DNA of 64,000 bases from contig CAVWIG010000018.1 in the NCBI GenBank assembly GCA_963754945.1, positions 96,001-160,000 on the forward strand, given 5' to 3'. The position numbers and the translations under genes were made by a program. This DNA is from Methanotrichaceae archaeon. GTDB lineage: Archaea; Halobacteriota; Methanosarcinia; Methanotrichales; Methanotrichaceae. Each line of letters opens with the position of its first letter. Position 1 is the first letter of the stretch. Under the pieces are notes generated by a model. That model was not told where the DNA came from and searched no databases. It saw only the letters and a program-made list of their open reading frames with translations. Of the stretch, positions 1 to 9,697 are shown piece by piece.

Positions 1-158
1 GTGCTTCCATAATCGGCACCTGGGGCCCTGTGGCCCATGGCGGCTACAACGTCAGCCTCGGGGATATCCCTGAGCTTATCGACATTGCCGGACATGTGCT
101 TCCTTCTGTTGATTCCAACAGAGGTGCTTCCGGGATAGAATTGTGGTGTGTAAGCCAT
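1..158 (-). CDS. mcrG: methyl-coenzyme M reductase gamma subunit (5' part, runs off window)
   Basis: Hand translation from ATG at 158: MAYTPQFYPGSTSVGINRRKHMSG...GHRAPGADY, the McrG N-terminus; directly after mcrD. Confidence 0.95.
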   Translation of the reverse strand, partial: MAYTPQFYPGSTSVGINRRKHMSGNVDKLRDIPEADVVAAMGHRAPGADYGS

Positions 159-161
159 ATT

Positions 162-668
162 TTATCTCTCCTCATCTTCTTTAAAGGTCACCATATCTTC
201 AGACAGTATGGCCAGTTTGTCTTTCTTGGCTTTCGGGTCGATCAGTCCAAGGATGCGCTCGTCCTCGACCTTGCCATACTTGGCGTAGTCAGAGGTGGTC
301 ATTCTATCGTGGAAGAACTTTCCTTGTCTGAACTGGAAGGAGAAGGGCAGCGCTCGCTCACACGCCGCTTTTAAACCGCCTAGGTATTCTTCGCTTTCCA
401 TCTCAAGCCTGACCCTTCCAACCTTGACTCTAAGCTCAATCGCCTGACCTCCTATCTCCACAAGGAGGTCCCTGTTTGCTTCTATCGGTATGCCTTTTCC
501 GGGACCATAAGGGACCTCTCGGGGCATATTGGGCCCGTGGATCATTATCCTCTTGATCCCGCCATTTTTGTATATCTCGCCTAGAAGGCGCTGAGCAGTC
601 TCGGGCATTAGGAATCGGCTGGGGACTATCTCCACCTGGACTGAATCCGTGTCTGATTTAGTGACCAT
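162..668 (-). CDS. mcrD: methyl-coenzyme M reductase operon protein D
   Basis: PSRFLMPETAQRLL, HGP..P..VPYGPG, TTSDYAKYG motifs; position between mcrB and mcrG. Confidence 0.95.
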   Translation of the reverse strand: MVTKSDTDSVQVEIVPSRFLMPETAQRLLGEIYKNGGIKRIMIHGPNMPREVPYGPGKGIPIEANRDLLVEIGGQAIELRVKVGRVRLEMESEEYLGGLKAACERALPFSFQFRQGKFFHDRMTTSDYAKYGKVEDERILGLIDPKAKKDKLAILSEDMVTFKEDEER

Positions 669-682
669 GCATTCAGCCTGTT

Positions 683-1987
683 TTACACAGCCTCCGCAAC
701 CGATACGATCGGCTCACGGAACTCCTTGATCTCGCTGTAGATAGCACCGACCAGACCGGATGTCATCTCGGGGGTGAACATCTGGGTGCCTGCATCAAGT
801 GCTACTGCTGCAGCCACGCATGGAATGGCAAACCCTCTGGAGTGCCTTGTGACCACGTGGTTGCCGTTGAAGACTCCGGGTCCGCCGCCGCCGTAAATGG
901 AGTGGCTGAAGAACGAGAACCCGACGGCTGTACCCATTACCCTGCCGAAGTCGCATCCGGGCAGAGCGGTTTCCTTCTCGATTATGTCGTTGAAGTACAG
1001 CAGTGTCGAGGACACAGCCTGCGCGCCTCTCAGGGATCCGCAGTTGACCATTGTTGCAGCCAGCACGCCAGCAGCGCAGTAAGCGTTCCACATGGAGACG
1101 TCGTTTGCCTCGTACATGACGTATCCGGAGGGGAGCTTCTTGCCGGCCTTGATGACCTTGTCCTCTATGGCCTTGGCGACTGTGCTCTGAACTACTGTGC
1201 CTATTGTTCCGGTCTTGCCGTTGGCCTTGACACACTCGTAAACCATGTTGTTGGCGTTCAGGCCCTGGTATGCCAGGCCCAGGAGCTGGTGCCTCTCGAA
1301 TATGCCCATGGCGTTGCCCATCTCCATCTCGCCAATCTGCTCGTAGATCGAAGCCAGAGCAGCGGCGTTCATGGCGTTCCTCTTGGTGATTGCTGCAAGG
1401 TGGTTGGCCATGACGTTCCTGAGAGCAAAGCCCAAACCCTCATCGTTCTGGGGGATGTTGAGAACAGATGCCACGTTTCCGCCGGCCATGCCTACAGTCT
1501 GCGGGTACTCGCCCCAAACAGCGGCGTGAACCATTGGTGCGTCGACCATACCGACCTTGAACTGCTGGACAAGCGCCTCAACTGTGGCAGCTGCCGCACC
1601 AGTCAATCCGACCACGAACTCAGAAGCTGCGTTGAGCCTGGCTGTGGGTATCTGAACCATAAGCTGCTTTCCTCCGCCGAGGACCTTGACGTTGGTGTCG
1701 TCGCCAGCGGTTACTTGCAGTAGAGTCTTTATCTTATCGGCTAGGGAGTTTGCGTTGGCTACAACATCGAACTTGAGCTCGCGTCCCTTTACCTTCCTCT
1801 TGCCTCCGGCAACAGCACCGGTCTTGAGGCCGTTCTCGATTCCGGCCAGGTTAACTGCAACGGTTCGCTTGGTGAGGCCGATGAGCCTCTGCATGGCAGC
1901 GTTCTTGAGTGGGCTGACGGCGCTTAGGTCGACGTCGCTCTTTAAAAGAACACCACGGTCGCTATATAGGTCTATCTTGTCAGACAC
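683..1987 (-). CDS. mcrB: methyl-coenzyme M reductase beta subunit
   Basis: GFSFFSHSIYGGGGPG and NHVVTRHS motifs; likely GTG start at 1987 after GGAGGA RBS. Confidence 0.98.
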   Translation of the reverse strand: MSDKIDLYSDRGVLLKSDVDLSAVSPLKNAAMQRLIGLTKRTVAVNLAGIENGLKTGAVAGGKRKVKGRELKFDVVANANSLADKIKTLLQVTAGDDTNVKVLGGGKQLMVQIPTARLNAASEFVVGLTGAAAATVEALVQQFKVGMVDAPMVHAAVWGEYPQTVGMAGGNVASVLNIPQNDEGLGFALRNVMANHLAAITKRNAMNAAALASIYEQIGEMEMGNAMGIFERHQLLGLAYQGLNANNMVYECVKANGKTGTIGTVVQSTVAKAIEDKVIKAGKKLPSGYVMYEANDVSMWNAYCAAGVLAATMVNCGSLRGAQAVSSTLLYFNDIIEKETALPGCDFGRVMGTAVGFSFFSHSIYGGGGPGVFNGNHVVTRHSRGFAIPCVAAAVALDAGTQMFTPEMTSGLVGAIYSEIKEFREPIVSVAEAV

Positions 1988-2131
1988 GTTCTTATCCTCC
2001 TTTACCTTTCTTGCAGAATAAATTGTAGGGAGCCGATCACTGAAGCGAGAATGATATTGACAGCCCACGCTCTAGGATGTCATATCCAATGCCAGCAATC
2101 CTCTACAATCTCCCGCTGCCTTCTTGATTGT

Positions 2132-2153
2132 CTCATATATACTTAAAGTTTTT
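2132..2153 (-). promoter_or_regulatory. putative BRE/TATA promoter of mcr operon
   Basis: AAAAACTTTAAGTATATATG on minus strand ~150 nt upstream of mcrB. Confidence 0.5.
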
Positions 2154-2726
2154 GCGTGTATAATTATTACATAATTAAAAATAGAAAAGAGTATCTGCTG
2201 GGGCCATAAATAACAAATTTCTTTTTTTAAATCGATTTTGTTGAAATTGTGCGTCTTTAATTGGGTCGTTAACTTGCTTCTTCATCTTATTTAAACTATT
2301 TGAACTTCGGGCTTCGCTTTAGGGCCGGAGCCCGTACGTCAAACCTAAACATGCAAGAAATTTGTAAATTATATGATAAATCATTAATTATAATGGGTGG
2401 CATTGACATTAATCTACTGCAACATATATATATCCGAATTTAATTATTGCTTGCCGTGCGCGGATGAGTGAGTGCCGCAATATTGCTGTGAAAGAGGATA
2501 TCTGTGTAGGGCCAATCGATTCACAGTCTTGTACAGTTTTTCTTACACACTAATTATCGATACGTCTGACAACGCTGAAATATAGAGCTTTCTGATGCAA
2601 GACGAAATCTCCACGACAAAGGCAAATGAGGTCCGCAGCAGGATGAGCCTGACGGGATATCGATCGGGTCCTGGCGTGCAATCCGGAGAAAAACTTTATA
2701 TCACTGCAGGAGCTGGCTGAGACGGA

Positions 2727-4931
2727 ATGCATCTCATTATCGCAGAGAAGCACGACGCTGCAAAGAGGATCGCCCAGATCCTGGCAGGATCAAAGCCTAA
2801 ATCCACCCGTGTGAGCGGCGCTGAGACCTTCTCCTTCGATGACAGGGTGGTCATCGGCCTTAGTGGACACATCGTTGGAGTGGATTATCCACCAGGTTAT
2901 AACAACTGGCAGAAAGTGGACTGCAAGGATCTCATTCATGCAGAGATCGTGACCACGCCGATCCAGGAGAAGATCATCTCTGCGTTAAAGAAGCTCGGAA
3001 AAGATGCAGATCGTATCACCATAGCCACGGACTACGACCGGGAAGGCGAGCTGATCGGTGTGGAGTCCCTCAAAATCGCTACCGAGAAGAATCCCACGAT
3101 AAGGGTAGACCGCGTCCGCTACAGCGCTATCACAAAAGAAGAGATCCAGAGCGCCTTCGAGAATCCGGGTGAGGTGGATTACGATCTGGCCTCCTCCGGG
3201 GAGGCCAGGCAGATCATAGACCTGGTTTGGGGGGCAGTCCTGACCAGATTCATCTCCAAGACCTCAGGACGGCTAGGCAAGGAGTTTCTCTCGGTAGGCC
3301 GGGTCCAGTCGCCCACTCTGGCGCTCATAGTGGACAGAGAGAAGGAGATAGAGGCCTTCAAGCCCGAGCCGTACTGGGAGATATACGCAGACCTGGAAAA
3401 GGAGTTGTGGGTCCACCACGCTAAGGGCAAGATCTGGGACAAAGCCGAGGTGGACCAAATTGTAGCGAACCTTGGCCCAGAGGCCACTGTAAAGTCCATA
3501 GAGAAGAAGCCCAGGTACGACAAACCTCCGACCCCATTCGACACTACCAGCTTTATCAGCGCCGCCAGCGCAATCGGCTTCTCTGCGGCCAACGCCATGA
3601 GGATCGCAGAATGGCTCTATACTAATGGTTTCATCTCCTACCCCAGAACCGACAATACCGTCTATCCGCCTTCCATTGACCTGAAGTCCTTGGTGTCCAT
3701 GTTCACAAAGGGCGTTTTTGCCCAAGATGCCCAAAGGTTGCTCAAAGGAAAGATGGTGCCGTCAAGGGGCAAGCGGTCCACTACGGACCACCCGCCTATC
3801 TATCCAACTGCCTCGGTCGATAAGAATGAACTGAAGGAAGAGCAGTGGAGGATATACGAGCTGGTGGTGCGCCGGTTCTTCGCAACCCTTGCTGAGCAGT
3901 CCTCCTGGGAGGTCTCCAATCTGTCGGTCGATATAGGGAAAGAGCCCTTCCGGGCCAACGGAGCCAGGTTGATCGAGGCCGGATGGAGAGCTTACTACCC
4001 CTACAGCAAATCGGAGGAGAATATCCTTCCAGAGCTAAAAGAGGGCGAGCGTCTGAATGTTTTAGGGCACGAGGTGGCCTCCAAGGAGACCCAGCCCCCT
4101 GCTCGCTACGGCCAGGGAAGGCTGATCAAGCTCATGGATGAGCTTGGCCTTGGGACTAAATCGACGCGTCACGATATCATAAGCAAATTGTACGCTCGTG
4201 CGTATGTACACGGCAACCCAATGAAACCCACGAACACCGCCTACGCCGTTGTTGACACCCTGGAGAAGTACGCCTCCGCCATAACCAAACCGGAGATGAC
4301 CCAGACCCTTGAGAAGGACATGACCAACATCTCCGAGAGGAAGATCAAGGAGACAGAAGTCATTGACGAGTCCAGGGAGATGCTTACATCAATCTTCAGA
4401 GACCTTGAAGAGAACGAAGAGGTGATAGGCACATCTCTGCGAGAGGGCCTCCGAACCGACAAGATCGTGGGGAAGTGCGAGAAGTGCGGCTCCGAGCTGA
4501 TTATCCGGAGAGGTCGACGCGGGTCCAGGTTCATCGGGTGCTCAGGGTACCCCAATTGCAAGTTCACCCTGCCTCTTCCCAGGTTTGGAACTCTGCTCGT
4601 CACGGACAAGGAGTGCGATATGCACCACATGAACCATGTCAGGATAATCAACAAGGGAAAGAGGCCCTGGGATCTGGGCTGCCCCCACTGCAACTTCCTG
4701 GAGTGGCAAGCCAAGAAAGCTCAGGAACCCAAACCCATCAACGACGGTTTAACAAACATTCAGGGGATCGGCCCCAAGACCCTGGAGAAGCTGACGGCAG
4801 CGGGGATAAAGACAACGCAAGACCTGTTAGCGGCAGAAGTCGAAAGCCTGGTAGAGAAGACTGGGTTGAGCCAAAAGAAGATCATAGCTTGGCAGAGCGC
4901 TGCTAAAGCGTTTACCGCTCCCAGCTGTTAG
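2727..4931 (+). CDS. topA: DNA topoisomerase I (type IA)
   Basis: IAEK, ATDYDREGE, SVGRVQSPT, ISYPRTD, C-terminal zinc ribbons and HhH. Confidence 0.97.
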   Translation: MHLIIAEKHDAAKRIAQILAGSKPKSTRVSGAETFSFDDRVVIGLSGHIVGVDYPPGYNNWQKVDCKDLIHAEIVTTPIQEKIISALKKLGKDADRITIATDYDREGELIGVESLKIATEKNPTIRVDRVRYSAITKEEIQSAFENPGEVDYDLASSGEARQIIDLVWGAVLTRFISKTSGRLGKEFLSVGRVQSPTLALIVDREKEIEAFKPEPYWEIYADLEKELWVHHAKGKIWDKAEVDQIVANLGPEATVKSIEKKPRYDKPPTPFDTTSFISAASAIGFSAANAMRIAEWLYTNGFISYPRTDNTVYPPSIDLKSLVSMFTKGVFAQDAQRLLKGKMVPSRGKRSTTDHPPIYPTASVDKNELKEEQWRIYELVVRRFFATLAEQSSWEVSNLSVDIGKEPFRANGARLIEAGWRAYYPYSKSEENILPELKEGERLNVLGHEVASKETQPPARYGQGRLIKLMDELGLGTKSTRHDIISKLYARAYVHGNPMKPTNTAYAVVDTLEKYASAITKPEMTQTLEKDMTNISERKIKETEVIDESREMLTSIFRDLEENEEVIGTSLREGLRTDKIVGKCEKCGSELIIRRGRRGSRFIGCSGYPNCKFTLPLPRFGTLLVTDKECDMHHMNHVRIINKGKRPWDLGCPHCNFLEWQAKKAQEPKPINDGLTNIQGIGPKTLEKLTAAGIKTTQDLLAAEVESLVEKTGLSQKKIIAWQSAAKAFTAPSC

Positions 4932-5048
4932 TCTATAATTTTTTTTGTTATTTTATTTATCGCAATACCTTATTATAGTTCTGCTGCGCGACGCGCAGCA
5001 GCTCGTTTGGCGTTGTTTGATGAGAATCTACTCTGCTTTATAGCAGCA

Positions 5049-5122
5049 TGGGCCTGGCCGGATTTGAACCGGCGGCCACTCGGTTATGAGCCGAGCGCTC
5101 TACCGGACTAAGCTACAGGCCC
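5049..5122 (-). tRNA. tRNA with CAT anticodon, probably tRNA-Ile2(CAU)
   Basis: Cloverleaf GGGCCTG...CTCATAA...GGTTCAAATCC...CAGGCCCA; Ile2 versus Met identity is inferred from the acceptor stem. Confidence 0.9.
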
Positions 5123-5137
5123 AAAAGCGTGATAAGG

Positions 5138-5232
5138 CGCCGCCAACAGGGCTCGAACCTGTGACATTCTGGTAACTGCTTCCCTATCTAGGGTTTAACA
5201 GCCAGACACTCTACCAACTGAGTTATGGCGGC
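5138..5232 (-). tRNA. tRNA-Asn(GTT) with 22-nt intron at 37/38 (5174-5195)
   Basis: GCCGCCA acceptor stem, CTGTTA anticodon loop followed by insert AACCCTAGATAGGGAAGCAGTT, then ACCAGA and T-arm. Confidence 0.92.
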
Positions 5233-5283
5233 CCGAACCCATCCCTTAACACACAATGATTTAAGCCTTTTGATTAGATGCTC

Positions 5284-6330
5284 CTTATGCGCGTCCTGAA
5301 GAAGAATCTGCGGGGAGACGACGGAGAGATCACGCTCCTTACTGAATCCCTGGACGACCTCTGGCACCTCAAGCACCTGATCGAGCGGGGTAACCTGGTT
5401 TTCGCTCTCACTCACCGAAAGGTAGCCTCCATAGCAGATAAGGCCAGACCGGAGAAGATGGAGAAGAGGCCGGTGCGCCTGGGTATCAGCGTCGAGGATG
5501 TGGAGTTCCACATGTACTCCAACTGGCTCCGGCTGCACGGGGTGATAAAGTCCGGGATCGACATCGGCTCCTACCACACCCTGAACATCGAGGTTGGAAC
5601 CGACCTTTCCATAATCAAGCGTTGGAGGCCTGACCAGCTCCAGCGCATCGAAGAGGCGGTCGCTGAGTCGATGAGGCCCAGGGTGGTCATGGCCCTTATC
5701 GAGGAAGGCGAGGCAACCCTCGGTGTTCTGAGACAGTTCGGGGTGCAGACTGTGTTCGAGCTTCGCGCTGGCAGCAGTAAGGGCTCCGGAGAGGACACGC
5801 GCGGTAGGTTCCTGAAAGAGTTTGCCGGTGAGATCTCACGAGTGGCAGGTGCAGACGCTCAGGTCATCGTCGCCGGACCCGGGTTCGTCAAGGAGGATCT
5901 GAAGAAGGTTATAGAAACCGAATATCCCGACCTGGCAAAGCGGGTCACCATGGACGACGCTTCCTCAATTGGTATGTCCGGGTTTCAGGAGGTGCTTCGT
6001 CGCGGCGCAGTGGGCCGGGTTCTCGAGGACAGCCGCGTGGCGCAGGAGACAAAGCTCATTGACGACCTTTTCAGGGAAATAGCCAAAGATGGAAAGGCAG
6101 CCTACGGGCTGAAAGAGGTGCATAGTGCCATCGAATACGGGGCGGTAGAGCATCTGCTGGTCCTAGACGAGCTGGCCAGGCGGAGAGAGATGGACCACCT
6201 CATGCGTGAAGTGTCCAACGCCCGCGGAAAGGTGGTGGTCTTCAGCTCTGAGTTTGAGCCCGGAGACAGGCTCCGCTCTTTGGGAGGTGTGGCTGCTCTC
6301 TTGCGCTTCAAGATAACCGGCGGTGCATAG
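5284..6330 (+). CDS. pelA: pelota/Dom34 ribosome rescue factor
   Basis: ESLDDLWHL, GSYHTLNIE, AGPGFVK, LGGVAALLRF. Confidence 0.95.
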   Translation, partial: LMRVLKKNLRGDDGEITLLTESLDDLWHLKHLIERGNLVFALTHRKVASIADKARPEKMEKRPVRLGISVEDVEFHMYSNWLRLHGVIKSGIDIGSYHTLNIEVGTDLSIIKRWRPDQLQRIEEAVAESMRPRVVMALIEEGEATLGVLRQFGVQTVFELRAGSSKGSGEDTRGRFLKEFAGEISRVAGADAQVIVAGPGFVKEDLKKVIETEYPDLAKRVTMDDASSIGMSGFQEVLRRGAVGRVLEDSRVAQETKLIDDLFREIAKDGKAAYGLKEVHSAIEYGAVEHLLVLDELARRREMDHLMREVSNARGKVVVFSSEFEPGDRLRSLGGVAALLRFKITGGA

Positions 6331-6362
6331 ACTAATATTCTAAACGAGTGGGGAATGCCTGA

Positions 6363-7175
6363 ATGACCAGATGCGACAAGTGCAACGCCCGAGCCGTAAT
6401 CTTTCAGAGGTACTCCGGCATGCACCTATGCCAGAGCCACTTTGATGATGACGTCCACCGCAAAGTTCGCGAGGCCCTGCGCGAGACTGGGATCTTCGGC
6501 AAAGGCGCGAAGCTCGCCATAGACCTTGATGGAGGCAAGAACAGCTCCGCCATGCTTTACATCCTGAAGGACCTGTTCTCCAGAAGAAGGGACATCGAGA
6601 TGGTTGCAGTCCTGGTGGACGAGGGGATATCCGGCTACAGATCAAAGACGCTTGCAAACGCTCTGTCTCTGGCCGAGCGGCTGGAGATACAGCACATCAC
6701 CAAGAGCTTCAAGGATGCATACCAGGCTACAACGGACGAAATTGCCTCTAAAAACTGTTCGGGGCCGCCGTGCGTTTTCTGCCGGGACATGAAGAGGGGC
6801 GTCTTGAACAGGTCCTCCATGGAGCTAGAAGCCGATGTCCTGGTCACCGGCGACACCCTTGACAGCGAGGCTCAGACCATTATGCAGAGCTATCTTCAGG
6901 GAGAGGTCTTTCGGATTTTCACGCTTCAGCAGCAATACCGCTTTCAGGGAATGGTGCCCGTAATCAAACCCCTGAGAAGGGTGCCGGAGAGGGAGGTCGC
7001 GCTTTACGCGGTGACTCATGGTCTGTCTCCCTCCTACTCTCATCCATGCCCCTACCTGGGAGATCCATTGAGACAAGAGGTCAAGAAAGGCCTCGACGAC
7101 TTTGAAGGAAAACATCCCGGGACGAAATACTCCCTGCTACGCAGCATGGAGCGACTGATCCAGCTTAATCCGTAG
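6363..7175 (+). CDS. TtuA/NcsA (TtcA/Ctu1 family) tRNA thiolase-like protein with degenerate PP-loop
   Basis: CxxC...LCxxHF zinc finger, VDEGISGYR, PCxxC, KPLR.VPEREV, CPY; PP-loop reads DGGKNS. Confidence 0.8.
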   Translation: MTRCDKCNARAVIFQRYSGMHLCQSHFDDDVHRKVREALRETGIFGKGAKLAIDLDGGKNSSAMLYILKDLFSRRRDIEMVAVLVDEGISGYRSKTLANALSLAERLEIQHITKSFKDAYQATTDEIASKNCSGPPCVFCRDMKRGVLNRSSMELEADVLVTGDTLDSEAQTIMQSYLQGEVFRIFTLQQQYRFQGMVPVIKPLRRVPEREVALYAVTHGLSPSYSHPCPYLGDPLRQEVKKGLDDFEGKHPGTKYSLLRSMERLIQLNP

Positions 7176-7276
7176 TCTTCTGAAGTGTCGTGAATTGAAG
7201 CCCCATGAGTTGGTGGTCTTTTTTAAGGCGTCAGGGCAAAGCCTTTAAGTGGAGACGGAGATTATTTGCGGGGTGC

Positions 7277-7350
7277 GCCTCGGTAGCTCAGCTGGCAAGA
7301 GCGATTGACTTGTAATCAATAGGTCGCGTGTTCGAATCACGCCCGGGGCT
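7277..7350 (+). tRNA. tRNA-Thr(TGT)
   Basis: GCCTCGG...ATTGACTTGTAATCAAT...GTTCGAATC...CCGGGGCT cloverleaf. Confidence 0.95.
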
Positions 7351-7379
7351 TGAGGTTTAAGCCGAATTGGAGAAGCGCT

Positions 7380-7799
7380 GTGAACAAGTTATTGATATAT
7401 TTCCTGGTCATAACTCTTGCTTTCTTGGTTTTAGCGGGCCCGATCGCAACAGCCAAGGATTCGACTGAGGAGCTGGATGCGATGCTCTCAGGAGACCATG
7501 GCAGCCGCGAGATATACCAGCTCTCCGGTGGGCAAGTCAGGCCAATCCAGCCCAATATCACAACAGGCGCGTTGTACAGTGTTCCCTACCAGGATTACTT
7601 CAAGAACTTCGCCATCTTTGGCGATTTCCTGGGACTGTTCGAGGACGGAAATCTGACACCTCCACAGATGAACAGCTCGTGGACAAAAACGTACCTAGAC
7701 AGCATTGCGGCGACAGCTCCGAGCGCAAAGGGCAGGATGACCCAGGACGGGGGGCTTCACGTCCTTAAGCCGCTGCTGATAAACGAGCCGCAGTTCTGA
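7380..7799 (+). CDS. exported hypothetical protein
   Basis: GTG start followed by signal peptide (NKLLIYFLVITLAFLVLAGPIATA). Confidence 0.65.
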   Translation: MNKLLIYFLVITLAFLVLAGPIATAKDSTEELDAMLSGDHGSREIYQLSGGQVRPIQPNITTGALYSVPYQDYFKNFAIFGDFLGLFEDGNLTPPQMNSSWTKTYLDSIAATAPSAKGRMTQDGGLHVLKPLLINEPQF

Positions 7800-8025
7800 T
7801 CAGAGCCTTCTGTTCCTTTTTATGTCCAGCCTCGTTTTGCATCTCGGGCAGGCCTTGGGCTTGGCCACCCTAGTCTCCCAGCGGTAACCACACTTAGCGC
7901 ACTTCGTCTGTCTCATACATCCACGGTTGTAATAAGAGTATTAATAACTTTCCATTGATATGAATATGTTTTGCAAATCCAAGGGCAAAGCCTAAAATAA
8001 AGGGCTACAGCAATTAGGTGATTCT

Positions 8026-8505
8026 ATGAGCGAGATTCTGGAGATCCTTTCTGAGAACGCCAGGGCCACTCCTGCGGAGATTGCGACCCTCCTAGGGCTA
8101 TCCGAGGAGGACGTAGCCCGCGAGATAAAAGGTCTGGAGGACTCCGGCGTCATTAAGAAATACATCACCCTGATAAACTGGGAGAAGTTGGAGGACGAGT
8201 ATGTATTCGCTGTGATAGAGCTGAAGGTGTCCCTGCAGCGCAAAACCGGTTACGACTCTGTAGCAGAAAGGATCGCCAGGTTCTCAGAGGTAGATTCGGT
8301 CAGGCTCATCTCCGGAGATCACGACCTCCAGATAACTGTGAGAGGAAAGTCCATGAAAGATGTGGCATTCTTCGTGGCTGAGAAGATCGCGACCTTGGAA
8401 GGGGTTCAATCGACCTGCACCCATTTCATACTGAAGACCTATAAAGAGCACGGAGTAATACTCACAGATAGGCCAAAGCCAAAGAGGTTGGTGGTCACCC
8501 CATGA
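8026..8505 (+). CDS. Lrp/AsnC family transcriptional regulator
   Basis: N-terminal HTH (ENARATPAEIA...LEDSGVI), RAM domain (ISGDHD). Confidence 0.92.
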   Translation: MSEILEILSENARATPAEIATLLGLSEEDVAREIKGLEDSGVIKKYITLINWEKLEDEYVFAVIELKVSLQRKTGYDSVAERIARFSEVDSVRLISGDHDLQITVRGKSMKDVAFFVAEKIATLEGVQSTCTHFILKTYKEHGVILTDRPKPKRLVVTP

Positions 8506-9695
8506 GGCAGCACCAGAAAGAGATTCATGCCTTCAATCCCGAGTCCCACGTCGCATCGACAGTCAAAGCCATGCCTCCTTCAGGGATCAGGAAGTTCTTC
8601 GACCTCGTCAACGAGATGGAGGGAGCAATCTCCTTGGGGGTGGGCGAGCCGGACTTCGTGACTCCATGGCACATCAGAGAGGCGTGCATATACTCCCTTG
8701 AGTCCGGCATGACCTCGTACACCTCCAATAAAGGGATGCCCGAGCTTCGTGATCGCATCTCCGAGGAGATGAAGAGGGAAGAAGGCCTAGAGTACGATCC
8801 GGCCGAGGAGATACTCATAACCACAGGAGTAAGCGAGGCGGTGGACCTCGCCTTCCGGGCGACCCTCAACCCCGGCGATGAGGTAATAGTTCCCGAGCCC
8901 TGCTATGTGGCCTACGTTCCGGACATCGCCCTCGCGGGGGGCGTTCCGGTTACAGTGCCAACAAAGCCTTCCGACCAGTTTAAGGTCCGACCGGAGGAGA
9001 TCTCTCGAGCCTTGACAAGGCGTTCCAAGGCACTAATGCTCAGCTATCCAAACAACCCCACGGGGGCCGTCATGAGCAGAGAGGACTTGGAGGAGCTTGC
9101 CGATGTTGTAGTAGAGAACGACCTGATGGTAGTATCCGATGAGGTGTACGGTAAATTAACATACTCTGGCAGGCACGTCAGCTTTTCCCAGCTTGAAGGG
9201 ATGCAGGATCGGACCATCGTCCTCAATGGGCTTTCCAAATCCCATGCCATGACGGGATGGAGGATCGGCTTTGCGCTTGGTAATTCCGCCCTCGTCTCGG
9301 CAATGACAAAGGTTCACCAGTACACCATGCTGTGTGCACCCGTCATGGCCCAGGTGGCAGCTCTAGAAGCCCTGCAGAGGGGAGAGGACGGAATGCTTGC
9401 GATGAAGCACGAGTATGACCTGCGTCGCAGGCTGTTCGTCTCAGGGCTGAACCGAATCGGCCTGGACTGTTTCGAGCCCCAGGGAGCCTTCTACGCCTTC
9501 CCATCAGTGAAGGATACTGGTCTTACATCTGAGGAATTTGCCGAGCAGCTACTGAAAAAGCACAAGGTGGCTGTGGTCCCGGGTAATGTTTTTGGCGCCA
9601 GCGGCGAAGGGTTTCTCAGGTGCTCCTATGCAACATCCAGGGAGGAGCTGATCGAGGCGCTGGATCGAATGGAGACCTTCCTGAAAGGTCTTTAA
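8502..9695 (+). CDS. class I/II PLP-dependent aminotransferase
   Basis: GVGEPDF, YPNNPTG, SDEVY, SKSHAMTGWRIG; ATGA overlap with the Lrp gene. Confidence 0.95.
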   Translation: MRQHQKEIHAFNPESHVASTVKAMPPSGIRKFFDLVNEMEGAISLGVGEPDFVTPWHIREACIYSLESGMTSYTSNKGMPELRDRISEEMKREEGLEYDPAEEILITTGVSEAVDLAFRATLNPGDEVIVPEPCYVAYVPDIALAGGVPVTVPTKPSDQFKVRPEEISRALTRRSKALMLSYPNNPTGAVMSREDLEELADVVVENDLMVVSDEVYGKLTYSGRHVSFSQLEGMQDRTIVLNGLSKSHAMTGWRIGFALGNSALVSAMTKVHQYTMLCAPVMAQVAALEALQRGEDGMLAMKHEYDLRRRLFVSGLNRIGLDCFEPQGAFYAFPSVKDTGLTSEEFAEQLLKKHKVAVVPGNVFGASGEGFLRCSYATSREELIEALDRMETFLKGL

Positions 9696-9697
9696 AT

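Noticed and set aside
842-1723. 293-aa antisense ORF in mcrB, and similar shadow ORFs elsewhere
   Set aside because: By-product of codon bias in the real gene on the opposite strand.
2557-2665. C/D box sRNA upstream of topA
   Set aside because: A terminal stem and CTGA boxes exist, but there is no convincing RTGATGA C box.
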